Source: Raillietiella orientalis (lineage: Eukaryota). From it: a stretch of 64,000 nt of DNA. The notes under the pieces were generated by a model. That model searched no databases, was not told the DNA's origin, and was given only the letters and a program-made list of their open reading frames with translations. A program made the position numbers and the translations under genes. Shown in pieces: positions 11,726 to 39,780 of the stretch. Each line of letters starts with the position of its first letter. The first letter of the stretch is position 1. The stretch spans positions 124,001 to 188,000 of the forward strand of contig JAYWIR010000086.1 of assembly GCA_036172245.1 (NCBI GenBank), written 5' to 3'.

Positions 11726-14700
11726 ATGTCTGCCTTCGAAGGTAATCTGACAAACATTTGCATGTGTACCAAGATGGCGATATTAATATGTTGATAGCGC
11801 TTTTATTTTTGGTATTTAAAAAAGATTTGTGATTCTATTAACCAAGCTGCATGTATCGATGTGAATTAAGATAACGGTTTTTTTTTTACAAAAAAAAAAT
11901 TATTTTGATTTTTTGATGATGTGGGATGCAGATTTTTTGTGTATGCTGCTAGTGTTGATGGCGTTAGTTTATTTTGATTTATAATGCAATTACAGTAACG
12001 GCAAAGTTTACAATGTGTTGGGATGAGGTCATACCAGTGAAATCAGAAATCAAAGCATATGAAATCTTGTAAAGAAGCAGAAACAGGCATATTCCACATA
12101 GGGGATCAGAATTCTATTATATCAGAGTCAGAGTTTTAATTTTGAAATCTTAACAACTATATGTCAGAAATTCACCGAAAAAAGAAAAAGAAAAAAAAAA
12201 AAACGGATAATGACTAGCTTATTAGGACTTGTAAAGATGAAGCTGAAATGTAAATACACTTCAGTCTCATGAGGATTGAAGATTTCATTGTAACCATTGA
12301 AACACTTAACATCATACAAACTCAGTTTGCTAAATGTGCTGTTTTAGCATACTGAAATAAAGTTAATGCAGAGCACTATTAGAATATTAAGCATATCATT
12401 TGGATCATTAAATATAAAGCCAAAAAGTTACGGATTTTTAGACTCGAATTTTTCATGTTAATATGTGCATGGTTTGGATGCATACTTTGCATGTGTGGTG
12501 ATATGAAACTGTATGAAGATAATTATGTTTCTTTAGAGTTGGGAGTGCAACCAGAGTTATGCAAAGCTGTAGAAGAATTGGAGTGGATGTAAGTACTAAT
12601 TCTGATCTAAAGAAAAATTTTTTTTTTTTTTTCTCTGTTCAGGCTGCCTACAGATGTTCAGGCAGAAGCCATTCCTTTGATTTTAGGAGGAGGGGATGTT
12701 CTGATGGCTGCAGAAACTGGCAGTGGTAAAACAGGAGCTTTTTGTCTTCCGTTATTGCAGATTGTATGGGAGGCATTGAAGGAGACTCCTGCAGGAACTA
12801 AGGATCTGAAAAAGCCCGTTTCACATAACTGTATTGCAGTTCATTACATTTTAGCGTTTATTTCACTTTACTCTGACAGCTTCAAAATGGCAGCTGAGTT
12901 TCTTTGATCGAGACAAGACCTTAGCTATAAGTACTGATGGTTTACGATGTCAAAGTCGAGATCAAAAGGCATGGAATGGTTGTCGTGCATCCAAAGGTGT
13001 ATGTGGAAGTGGCAAATATTATTATGAAGCTATTGTGGAAGATGAGGGCTTGTGCAGAGTAGGATGGTCCACACAGCAAGTGCGATAATTTTGTATATCT
13101 TGGATGAGTGCTTTAGGCTGTGTTAGATTTAGGCACAGATAAATTTGGTTTTGGTTTTGGAGGAACAGGAAAGAAATCGAACAATCGACAATTTGATAAT
13201 TATGGCGAACCATTTGGTTTAAGAGATGTTGTTGGATGTCTTCTTGACTTGGATACCCATACCATAGCTTTTAGCAAAAATGGAAAACATCTGGGAAAAG
13301 CGTTTGATATACCAGTTGCACTTCACAGTGTTGCCTTTTTTCCTGCAGTGGTGTTAAAAGTAAGTTCAATGCCTCCAAGGAAACCAAATGATGATGATCC
13401 GAGAAAGTAGCATTCAGCTCATGCTTAGAGTGCTCTGACTGAGAAAGCTTTGATCTTATCTGATGGTTTCCTCTGAAATCATTAAATGATGCCTCTATTC
13501 TTAGAATGCTGAGATGAGGTTTGAATTTGGTTCTGATAAACTGAATTACCTTCCTAATGGTTATGTGCCACTGTGTCAAGCTCCAGCCAAACTTTTGGTA
13601 AATAATCAAGTGTCTGAAGCTGAGCAGCAACCTAAATCTGGGAAAGGACAACATGCTCCACAAGCCATCATCATTGAGGTGGAAATTCACTTTTATTCTT
13701 TGTCATTTACTAATATTGTTGGCAGCCCTCTAAGGAGCTGGCAGAGCAAACACATAGTAATGTGGTACTGTTTAAAAAATATCTACGCAATCCTCAACCA
13801 GTTGAACTGTTAGTGGTTGGAGGAACAGATGTACGACAACAGATAGCTGCTTTAAATAGTGGGGTTTGTGTATTTATTTATTAAATTTCTTTTAGTTTAG
13901 AATGATGACTACAAAAGGCCGATTTTGAGAGTTAGCAGTGACCTTGAGTTACAGCTACCTCATTGAAAGTTGCCGAGGCGATATTGTCTGATCTTTTGTT
14001 ATTCTGTAATTTGGTGTAGAAGCTGAATAAGTGCTTATTGCAAGTTCCTTAGGTTGATATTGTGATTGGGACTCCTGGCCGGCTGCAAGATCTTGTACAA
14101 GAAGGATACTTATGTTTGTCTCAATGTCGATTTTTTATTTTGGATGAAGCTGACAGTTTGTTGCAACATGGTCATGAAAAGCTGTTACACCAAATGCTGC
14201 AAAGGATTCCCAAGTTCACTGCAGATGGACGTCGGTTGCAATTGATTGTTTGCTCAGCAACATTGCATTCTAATGATATCAAGAGGCTAGCCAACCAAAT
14301 CATGCATTTTCCTACTTGGGTTGACTTGAAGGGTCAGGATAGTGTGCCAGAAACTGTCCATCATGTCTGTGTCATGGTGGACCCACAGCGAGATATGTCA
14401 TGGAAAAGTTTGCGTTATCCCATCTGTACTGATGGTGTGCACAGATATGATGGATCAAAACGTCTCAATGATACGTTATCAGAAGCTACTAAGTTGCTTA
14501 AGGGGGAATATGTGGTCAGAGCTATCCAGAGCAATAAAATGGAGCAATGTCTAATTTTCTGTCGTACAAAGGTGGATTGTGATAACCTTAAAAATCATCT
14601 TGCAAAGAGGGGTAAGTCACTGTAAACGCATTTTTCAGTCAAACTTCGATTTCAGGTATTCATTCTGTATGTCTGCATGGGGATCTAAAGTTTCCGCAAC

Positions 14701-15343
14701 GGAAAGAAAATTTAGAGGCATTTAAGGCACGTCAGGTTCCATTCTTGATTTGCACAGATGTAGCAGCTCGAGGGATAGATATTAGTGGCTTGCCTTTTAG
14801 TGAGTTGACATTCGTTTCTGGTATTTTTTAAGATGACTGCAAAATCAGTTATCAATGTCACACTTCCTGATGAGAAATCCAATTATGTTCATCGAATTGG
14901 ACGAGTTGGCAGAGCTGATCGCATGGGGTTGGCCATCTCCTTAGTTTCAGCCGTGCCAGAAAAAGTCTGGTATCACAGTACAAACTGTACTGCTTCTAAT
15001 CCACGAAACTGCACCAATGCTTACTTATTGGAAGAAGGGGGTTGCTGCATTTGGTACAACGAAAAAAATTTGCTAGCTGACATTGAAGAGCATCTTGGTG
15101 TGACCATTCAGCAAGTGGACACAGCCATCGTTGTGCCAGCTAATGAATTTGATGGCAAAGTGGTGTATGGCAGCAAAAGACAGGAGTCAAGTATGTCAAC
15201 TCTGCATAATGGTCAACTCTTTTCTTTCAGAAACTAAGTATCAATCACATGTTGATCAAATGGCATCAGCTGTTGCAGAATTGGCAAAGCTAGAAAAAGA
15301 AGTTCAAAGCATCTATTTAAAGTATTATTATTCCTTTGCATAG
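11726..15343 (+). CDS. DDX1: ATP-dependent RNA helicase DDX1; 11 exons: 11726-11741, 12537-12588, 12643-12830, 12880-13079, 13117-13359, 13505-13678, 13726-13863, 14053-14611, 14656-14799, 14849-15190, 15231-15343
   Basis: The protein starts MSAFEELGV and has a Q motif ([30 protein letters not shown]). It carries the SPRY insertion diagnostic of DDX1 (GKYYYEA...GLCRVGWST...[17 protein letters not shown]), then [32 protein letters not shown] and [11 protein letters not shown]. The GT-AG introns are phase-consistent. Confidence 0.96.
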
Positions 15344-17479
15344 AAGACAAAGAACCGAGAAATATTACATTGTTATTACTTCTATATAATAAAGCTTGTG
15401 GTAGTTGAAGTTCAAGGAATTAATTTTGTTCCTTCTTCCTTGTTCACCTTGACTTTGATATTTTTAGGAATGGATGCTTTTGCAACTGACAGTTACTTTG
15501 TTAATCAATTAATCTACAGGGAAGTCTGCAATTTCTTTATTGCTTTTGGTTGTTTGCAGCCTATTAGGTTATGTGTAAGGGTAAGACAATAAGATCTCAA
15601 GACTGCGACATCAAGTTAGCACTGGGATATGTACAGTGCATCTAAGAACAGTATGCTCAATATTTCGTTTTATGTTTGGCATTTATTCTGCTATTAGTGC
15701 ACCTTTTCAGGGTGCAGTAACAGCCTAGAGATGAGTTATGCCCGCAATCACAACGTTGTATTACGTTTTGAAACAGTGCCATCATATGCACTGAAGGTAA
15801 GCATTCACATCCGGAGCGCCTGCCCCACCTCCCTGCATTGTGAGCAAAAGTGTTGACAAGCCGATCGGAAAATTACGAAGTGGATTGCTCTTATGTATTC
15901 TATTCCATGTTCTTCCCATCTGGTATAAGTTTAACGAATTAAATTTGATGCAAAGATTTTCCTACGGCTGTGTTCTCCTTTTTTCAGGTTTTATTTTCTT
16001 CGTGATTTGCCTCCAGTTCGCTGCACGGTTGCGGATTTCGCCCGTGCTAACTACCTGAGCAATTAGCAAGGGCGGAATTAATTGATTACTTGAATGATCC
16101 GTAAAACTCCAGCTTAGTCCTCTCTGCCCTTTCAATTTTTTTTGTTTTTCTCCCGGTCTTCTACCGGAGTTCTGATCCCCCCCCCTCCTGGAGAGTCCGT
16201 ATACGACCCACGACTTTCACCCTCCGAGCTCTTTAGGTTGACCTCGTTACAGTCGGCACTGCCCTGTGCCTATTAATGCTTTACATTAGTGGTGTTCTAC
16301 GAATAAGAAATACTATGTTTGCACAGTAACTTTAAGCCAAACGAAAGCTCACGAAATGTAATGGCCGCTCACAGTCAATCGCTAATTGACTTTTAAGAGT
16401 TGATTTAGCAGTGCTCAATCTGTTCTGCATTTTGCTCTTGCATTTCTCATTGGAATATAGGTTCGTGTCGTTATTAATTCCTACAGCTCCACTTCCATCT
16501 ATACACAGGAAAGACAACCACCACAAGGAAAGGACTGGACGTGTAGAACAATTGGCAAGAAAACCTACCAAATGCCTCTACATGCATCGAACTCGGTTGC
16601 GTGCCTGGATCCACTCTGTTTGACATCCACTGCCTAGTCTTCCTTCTGAACATTAAAAATACTGTTTTCACTTTCACTGTAACGTTAAGACTACTCCCGA
16701 AGTGCATCTTCATTTACGAATCATTATCCACATACGTGCACACGAATTATTTGAGATGCTTTTGCATAGAAAGTAATCCCAGACTTCAGCTCTACACGTT
16801 CGTTTCAGTCGACATCTAGAGATGTAGTTGCTGAATCCACTCTCATGATGGCCATTGCTTGCCGTTTCGACCACTCTTTGTCCAACTGCTACCCACTTCC
16901 TGCAGATGATGTGCAGCTCAGCCATGTTCAGGACGAGACGTGTGCAGATTCGTTGTCTTCACAGGTGAGCTTCGACCCACTATTTCTTTTACGGGAGGAA
17001 AGCAGATCTGTTTGGCCAAGATCTGTACTTTAGGATCGGCTCGGTAAATTTCAATAAACATAAAAAAAATTGAATACTTCGGTTGGTGATCATCACTTTT
17101 CAACATGAATACCAGTCGCTCAAACGGTAGGGTGCATGAATAAAAACCATCCGATCCAAATCGTCTTACCTTGACAAAACAACTAATCAGAAATCACTGC
17201 GGTCCTCAGGTTTATTGATACGAACATGAAATGACGCAAAAGCATCGCAATTTGCTTCGGGCATCGCCACTTTCCATCTATCATGAAATCCCGAACTCTT
17301 CCCTGGACACGAACCGTCTCACTTCAGGGATGCACGATGCACCGTTATGATGAAAGGCACTTAAATAGACCCATTCTTACATGTGTTCCTTGGAATAAGT
17401 ATCTCTTAACAGGGCACCATCTTTGTAAATTCCGCTAATTTTCAGTGCATCTGTTGCTGACCATGACTTCCAGAGAGTT

Positions 17480-20050
17480 TATTTCGGCGTTGCCCCATTT
17501 GTTTCCTCACGAAATACCCTCCCGGTGGAATCGAAAAATGCTTGGAAAACCACTCGTTGATGGTCCTCTTCTTTCCTTTCTAGGATGCAGAAAGCATCAT
17601 TGATGTTCCAATACAAAGCACTCCACATTGGTAGATTAGATTTCATACAATGGAAATCAGACCATGATAACATTTATTATTTCTCTTCACACTGCAGCGT
17701 GAACCGTAAGCCATAAAGGAATCCCTGGAAATTCCAATCTTCGTCTACTCATCATCCAGCAACATTTGCAACATTTGCACTTCCCTCTCTGCAAGTTCTC
17801 TGTCACAATCTGAAGCAATGCTGCTCGACAATGGTAGAAGCCAGGTCTTTGTCTTTCCCCTTTTGTCTTTTTCAGTTGTTACTGAGTGTAAGGGAGCAAA
17901 GCATTTGTAAGATCTCACCTCTTTTCTGTTTGTGCATCAGTACTTATCTGAGCAAGCACCACTTACTCATCCACTTGACCTGCCAAGACCACATTGCACA
18001 AGAGCACGGGTCAACAAAAAAAGGGTTACATCTTGACTGGCAGTTTGGTTTCTGATTTTGCTTTGGCCTCTCCACTGAAAGAAAAGCAGAAGTGAGCCGA
18101 TTGCATCTGTTTGTCTCGGTCTAAATTACTTCACTGGGTGCCATTTGTTTTGATTTATAAGCTTTCTCTTCTGTTTTTGCTTCCCTCCTTTCTGTTTTTT
18201 TTTTTTTTTTTTGTAGGTCTTCTTTCTTTGCAGATGCTTATGCTTTTACTTTGTTCATTTGTATTTCCATACATTAAAAAGGAATTATGTTATTGTGCAC
18301 ACTTTCTATACGAAGGTTCATTCATTTTCTTTAAGTATCTTCCATCGACCGATCCAGAATTATCAAAATTACTTCCACGTGAATGTTTTTTCTCAGTTCC
18401 ACTCCAGACTCCCTAACGCTTCTTCATTCTTCTATTAAATCAAATGAGAAAATACGAAACACTAATGATATAAAGCTTCAATCATCGAATGCAATTGTCG
18501 AATGGTTTATTTCTTTGCTTGTTTTTCGAGGAGGGTTTGAAAGAAAGAAAAAAAAGAAACCGAAGCTTCAGAGAATCCTCTTTCCATCATATGATTTGTA
18601 TTGTTCATCTTGAATAGCAAAACTTGTGGCTAATAAAATGATAATTTTTCCTTGTGACCGATTTTTTCCTCACTTTTCCTCATTAGATCTGTTCGAGTTA
18701 TTTCCTCGTTATTCAACGAGATTTAGTGATTGGGGGGAAATTGGATCTTTTTCTCACTGAGCTCTTCAGTAGCTTTTCGACAGCTGTTATTGTAGAAAAT
18801 TCAATGCGGAATCGTTGGATGTGCAGCTTCATCAAGGAGAGCTCTTCTTTCCTTTTCTTTTTCTAATTTTGACTTTTGGCTTTACGAATTTTTTTTTTTT
18901 TTCAAAAAGGCGTTTACAGATTTTTAAAGGTTTTTTTTGTTTTCCACTGCTGAGTTTTCAGTCATAGGTGCTACCCTTTCTGAAACTCGTTTTGAAGTTT
19001 GGATTGGAGTTCCAAGTGTGTCAGTTTGAGCTTTGCTGTCTCCTTCCAATCTCTCGGACGTGTGCATTCTGAGCTCTCCCATAAGGGAAACTCGAATGCC
19101 GTTTGAGTTTTGCTTTGTCAAGCCTTTGGCTTTTAGTGCCTGAGGAGAGATCCAAGATCGAAAGTTCATGGGATTGCAAGAGATATTTTCCTCTTCTGAA
19201 TAGAAAGCAGATTGCCACGCTCATAAGAGCTGATGGAAAAATGTTTGGAAAGTCTACCTGTTGTTTGCAAATCTCAAGATATATATAGATCTTGTAGAAT
19301 ACCATCATCGATAGTCGTGGGACACATGCCAAAGTTTTTACGATACCGTTTAGAACGAATGATTGTGCAAAGTGTGCATATATGAGGAAGGATGGCCAAT
19401 TTTGCATATTTTGAAGGAATAATGTATTTTTTTGTTTTGTTATCTTGCACTTAAGGGTTCATGAATGTGAGATTCTGGTATCTTCTAGAATAAACGTAAA
19501 TATGCTGAGCGAAATGGCGAGAGCAGCAAAAATGTACAAACGTTCTTTGCTTGGAAACAAAGCGTACACTGAATCGAGATGGCAAAGGTACTCGGTGGAA
19601 TCACGGGAACGGTTCGATGATGCCATGTTGACGTGACCTGGAGAAGCCCTGTCGCCTTGGGGTGCTGGAATTCGGGATGGCTAGTTGACCTTCGACCCCG
19701 ATGATTTCATGGTTATCCTCCAGCAAGTACAGCTTTGATTCTGCTGACTCCAGCTATTTCCTATGCAGTACCATTAAGTGTATGTTTGCCTTTGCGAGCG
19801 TGTGGAGCATCCCCTGGAATGTGGAGCCGAAACGTGGACAGCGGTTCCCTAGGGTTCTCCATTCAAACCCACGTGGGATATTTTCTTCAAAAAATGCTCC
19901 CACCCCAACTGCCAACGGTAACGAGAACTGAAGTCAGGAATCAGGAAGAACGCGACGATTCCAGCGCTTCGGTTTCCTTTTCTTCTTCTTCTTCTGCATC
20001 GAAGACGGGTTGCAAAAAGATTTCAGGTGCAGCAGCCACATGACTACTTT
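17480..20050 (-). pseudogene. Candidate decayed gene or spliced lncRNA, head-to-head with IWS1
   Basis: Four GT-AG segments fit the local intron size class (19541-19485, 19257-19196, 18129-18075, 17918-17882). The minus strand is purine-rich and gives K/E/S-rich frames interrupted by many stops. No recognisable homology; boundaries are approximate. Confidence 0.3.
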
Positions 20051-20650
20051 TCAGAGGGAAAGGGAAGGAGGGGGGAGGGGGGGAAGTGGGTCGGGTTGCG
20101 TGCGAAATCGAATCCGCAGACGGCAGCTGGCGGGTGGACGCCTCTGTCGCCGCGAGCTCCACTTGGGAGTGGACTTGGCGTGGATCCCTCTTTTTCTCTT
20201 GGGAACTGCCTGCGGGCGTGGGAGGAGGACGTCAGTCCGGGAGGCGCGGCGGCGCTCGCGGAGGCTGCCTCCGCGGTCGGTGCAGCCCTGCTGGCACAGA
20301 GTACGGAACCGTGTACCTTCTTAGCACGAGGGAGAGACGTACAGCGGCAGCGCCGTGCCGAGGAGACCACTTCCCAGGGCGGCCCCCCCCTCCTCCCTCC
20401 CCCCACCAGTGTCACGGCTTTCGTGTTGTTTTGCGTGATCCGCAAGGGGTGCTCGCGTTGTGTGCATATAAAAATCTGTGATTTCGTTGCAGTTTTATGA
20501 CGTTCCAATGGAAGCCTCGGAGCCGTGAGCAAGGGAAGAAATTCTCCAGAATCGGTGAACTTGGTTGCCGTCCAGCATGCAGTTGCGAAGAGAGTGGGAA
20601 GCTTGATACGTACCACGGAACCCCTTTTCCCTTTGGACCTTCCCCGTCAG
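20050..20650. promoter_or_regulatory. GC/CpG-rich island immediately upstream of the IWS1 start; probable promoter region
   Basis: A sharp local GC/CpG enrichment between AT-rich flanks ends just before the inferred IWS1 ATG at 20660. The promoter role is inferred from position only. Confidence 0.5.
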
Positions 20651-20659
20651 GCAGTTATA

Positions 20660-23600
20660 ATGCTTGCGAACGACAACGAAAGTGATACGGAAAGCCAAAC
20701 GTTGGAATCACCAAACGTGGGAGGTAATATAAAGGGAAGCACATCTGACATTGCTTGGAAGGTTGAAATTGTTTTCGCTGATCTCAACTTACTGGGAGTG
20801 TGTGCTGAGTTTGAATCTTTACGCGATTTCGAATGGTTGGTAGCAACTGTAAATGTTGTGTGTGTGTGTGTGTGCACCCAGGCATGTTTGTGCAGAGTTG
20901 CACTTGTTCCAAGTGGACTTTTGTGTGATCTGTAACTTTGGATTTTTTGTACTGAAAATTTTTAAACTGCAGAATTCAAAATTCAGGTCAAGAATATGTG
21001 AACCTCAGTAGCAAGGAAGCTTATCAGGACAGTTTGCACCTTTCCAACAATAACAGTGATTCTGAGATTTTGGAATCAGATGATGATATTGATGAAAGAG
21101 AAGTTCTCGATAGCGATGAAGATGTGTTTCCGTCTGACAACTTTCAGTCCGACAAAGATGATAAATTGTTTGGTAGTGATAATGAAGTGGATGAGCGACA
21201 GTCCGTTCATGCCAGTGATGATGATGATGGAGAAAAAGAATCAGAAAGTGATGCAGAAAATCAAGAATCAGATAAAAGCTACTTGGAAGAAGACAAAAGA
21301 GAAGGGAAACTGCTGAATGATATTTTTGGTGATTCAGATGATGAAAACTCTCATGTGAAGGTATTGTTGCAGCTGATGTTTTCAAAATTTTGATTTCTGA
21401 ATAATCAAACCACTTATTTATTAAGCCACGTGAGAGAAAAACAATTGTTTTTGTTTCATTTTTTTTTCATTTGTCATGTTTGCAAAAGTTCATTCATGTT
21501 TGCTTCAAGTTTAAATTGTGAACATTGTGATGTCACATTGTGAACACTTTTGGTTTTGCATGTTCTGAATGGTTTCAAAGATTTGAGTATGGAGTGAAAT
21601 ATTGACAGCTTCCGACTAGATATGATGAATACCTACTTAGTAGTTGTCCAGTTTAACTAGATATTTCATATATATGTGCAGCTATTATTATTGAATGGGA
21701 TCTAACCTTGATATCCTTTGAAAAATGCTGTAAGAATTATCAAACCTTGAATTCTAATGCATGTTGTTGTGTGCTGTTGGAAATCTGATTTTAAAATGGT
21801 CAGAAGAGTCTGTATTTTTGGGTAATTCTTTTCATAGTCATGCAAAAGAAAAAAAAAATGTCAAAAAGAGTTTGCTAAGTAACTAAAGTCAGTTGCTGTG
21901 CTTTGTGATGCTTGTGATGAATTTGTAATGATGTGTGTCTGCAGGTTGTGAAAATAAAGTATGTTTTTACAGTAGTCATCAGGAATAATGATGTAAATTC
22001 CTGCAAACTATACTCAACACTTTTCTTATTGATTCCCCTGTTTATTATTTTGTCTTAAACAATTTTGACAATGAAATCCTTTTAACTTTTCATTTTGCAT
22101 GCAAGCTTTGATTCCATTGCATGATTGAAGGGATGTTGAAGTAGTTTTCTAAAATGTTTTTGAAACAGGTTTATGCATAGGCAAGTGTTAGTATGTTCAA
22201 TGTAAGCATTTTGAATTTTTATGCAACAAAGCATGTTTAGCAAGATGATTAACCAGTCTGTGTGTTCTAGAGTAAACCTTCATTAAATAGCAGTGTCAAA
22301 GATTCTGACAGTGATTCGGGTAAACTCAGCGAAGAGGAGAATGATTCTGAAGTAGAAGATTCAGAACAGAAAGATGTTCAAGAGAATGAAGTGTTACCTG
22401 CTCTTTCGGATAGTGATAATGATAATGAGTTGCCAAATAGATCAAATAAATTGTAAGGTTGCAGAAATCACATAGAAGGTGGAGGTGGTTGTTCTTCCTT
22501 TGCAGCTCAAGTGCATCCTCAGATTTTGATTTAATGATGCATAAAAGAAGAGAAATGAGTAGACGACGTCGTAGAAAAAACAGAAACTATGATATAATAA
22601 ATGATAGTGATGACTTAATTGTGCAGCTTATAAGAGAAATGAAAGATGCTGCCGAGGTTTGTATAAACTTTGGAAATGTATCTGTGTGAAATTTGAAGTT
22701 GTTTCAGTTTGTAAAAAAAGAAAAAAAAAAAAAAAAATCGCAATCTCACTTTTATGTCGTTTATTTGCATAATTTTTATATTGTTTTTAAAAATAAAATG
22801 GAAAAAGGGTAAGAGAAAAAAAGAGCTGGAAAAGGTTGGCCATTACAGAGTTGTTTAAGAGCATGCCTAGTCTCTTGCCATGATGTTTGTGTGTTTGGAA
22901 TTCACATGTTGAGTGCATTGTCACTATATTCGTGTTTTTTTTTAAAAAAAAAATTATGTATTTTGTCCATCATCAGTTTATTACCAACTGCCTAAGATGA
23001 TTTCTGTTGAAATTGTGTAGGAGGATCGTAATCTAAACAAACAACAAAAACCAGCAATAAAAAAGCTGAAACTTCTCCCTATTGTGGTGTCGCAACTTAA
23101 AAAGCAGGACTTGCAAGCATCTTTCCTTGACAATGATGTGATGAATATCCTGACCGATTGGCTGGCTCCCATGCCAGATCGCAGTTTACCATCCTTGAAA
23201 ATCCGAGAAAATATCTTGCAAATTCTGAAAGAGTTTTCCTGCATGGACCCACAGATTTTAAAGCAATCAGGAATCGGTAAAGCGGTGATGTATCTGTACA
23301 AGCATCCAAAGGAAACGCGTGAGAACAAGGAGCGGGCGGGAAAGCTCATCAATGAATGGGCACGGCCAATTTTCAACCTGTCTACGGATTTTAAAGGTAA
23401 GAAGGTTCTCAGAGGCACCTGAAAAAAGAAAATAAAAATAAACCTCCCAGCCATGACGAGAGATGAGCGCGAGCAAAGAGACTTGGATCAGTTTCCGAAG
23501 AAGCGGCGCCTTTCAAACAACAGTCAAGAGAAGAAAGAGGAGGAACACATCGTTCGCCCTGGCGACCCGGGTTGGATTCACCGGGCCTTGGTACCCCAGC

Positions 23601-23825
23601 CATCAACAAAAGATTACGTCGTGAGGCCGAAATGGAAAGTGGACACAGAGATGAGCAAGGTTGAGTTTGTGTTGTGGAATGCAGTCAAAACAAGACTTTT
23701 AGGCGTCGAAGAAGATCCCCAATATTCTGGATCGGCATCTGAAGGCATTTCAAGAGCGCAAACGTCGTCAGCATTGCTCTAAAGCGGTGAAGATGAGCAT
23801 CGAAGGGCGTCAAATGTCCCTGTAA
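20660..23825 (+). CDS. IWS1: Transcription elongation factor IWS1/SPN1 homolog; 7 exons: 20660-20723, 20987-21360, 22271-22452, 22506-22656, 23021-23396, 23451-23659, 23703-23825
   Basis: An acidic D/E/S-rich N-terminus (DIFGDSDDE) is followed by SDFDLMM...[10 protein letters not shown] and the TFIIS-N-like core ([16 protein letters not shown]...[39 protein letters not shown]), then [27 protein letters not shown] and C-terminal AVKMSIEGR. The first exon is inferred from a phase-compatible splice join and is less certain. Confidence 0.93.
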
Positions 23826-23871
23826 AGCAAGAATCGGGAACTCGGTCGCCGCCACCCGGGTTTGAAAATCA

Positions 23872-23899
23872 AATAAAGTCCATCAAATTATTTTTTATT
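23872..23899. terminator. Opposed polyadenylation signals of the convergent IWS1 (+, AATAAA 23872-23877) and YAP (-, TTTATT 23894-23899) genes
   Basis: Both hexamers lie in the 218-bp gap between the two stop codons and are 16 nt apart. Confidence 0.55.
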
Positions 23900-24043
23900 T
23901 TGTCAGTTGCAGTTTTCTTCTACGATTCTTCACGTAATACTGAACGACATGGTTCGAAGGCACTGTGGGATTGAGAAAGGTGACTAACAAGGCACTTTAG
24001 AGTGTGGACGGTTCATCGCATGTGAGATCTTCATGCCAAGACG

Positions 24044-39231
<15,188 letters not shown>

Positions 39232-39636
39232 TCTTTGTCACTTTTCAGCTCATCACCTCGTGCGGACGACAGAAAGCGGACTGGCTGAGCAGCGGGAGCG
39301 TCACCAAGGGGAGAAACGACTGGGCGGGTGGTGGAGGGAAGGGGGAAAGGATGTCGAAGAGAAGGAAGACGAGGGAGGGGCCGGGCGACAAAGGAAGGAA
39401 GGGGTCAGGATGAGGGTAGGGGGGGGGGGAATTCGCAGCAGCAGTGGACGACAAGGGGGACGGCGGCGGACGGGTGGACGGATGTGCTGCGAAGGAGGGT
39501 CTACACTCCGCGCGTGCGCGCGCGGGATTCCACGTGACTTTGCCTCGCGAAAAATTCGGGCGCTCCCTCGAGGAAGAGGAGGGAGGGGGGGGGGAGGAAG
39601 CGCTAAGGCGACGAACGCAAGGAATCGAGTGGGGAA

Positions 39637-39780
39637 GAACAACAACAACAACAACAACCAGCACCACCACCACTACCACTACCACGAAGGCGACGATGAC
39701 GACGACGGTGGCGACGAAGGCAACCACCACTGCGCCGCCACCACCACCACCACCAGCAGCAGCAGCAACAACAACAAAAA
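39637..39780. repeat. Mosaic trinucleotide tract (AAC/CAC/GAC/CAG) about 0.4 kb upstream of the YAP ATG
   Basis: Read directly from the sequence. Confidence 0.85.
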
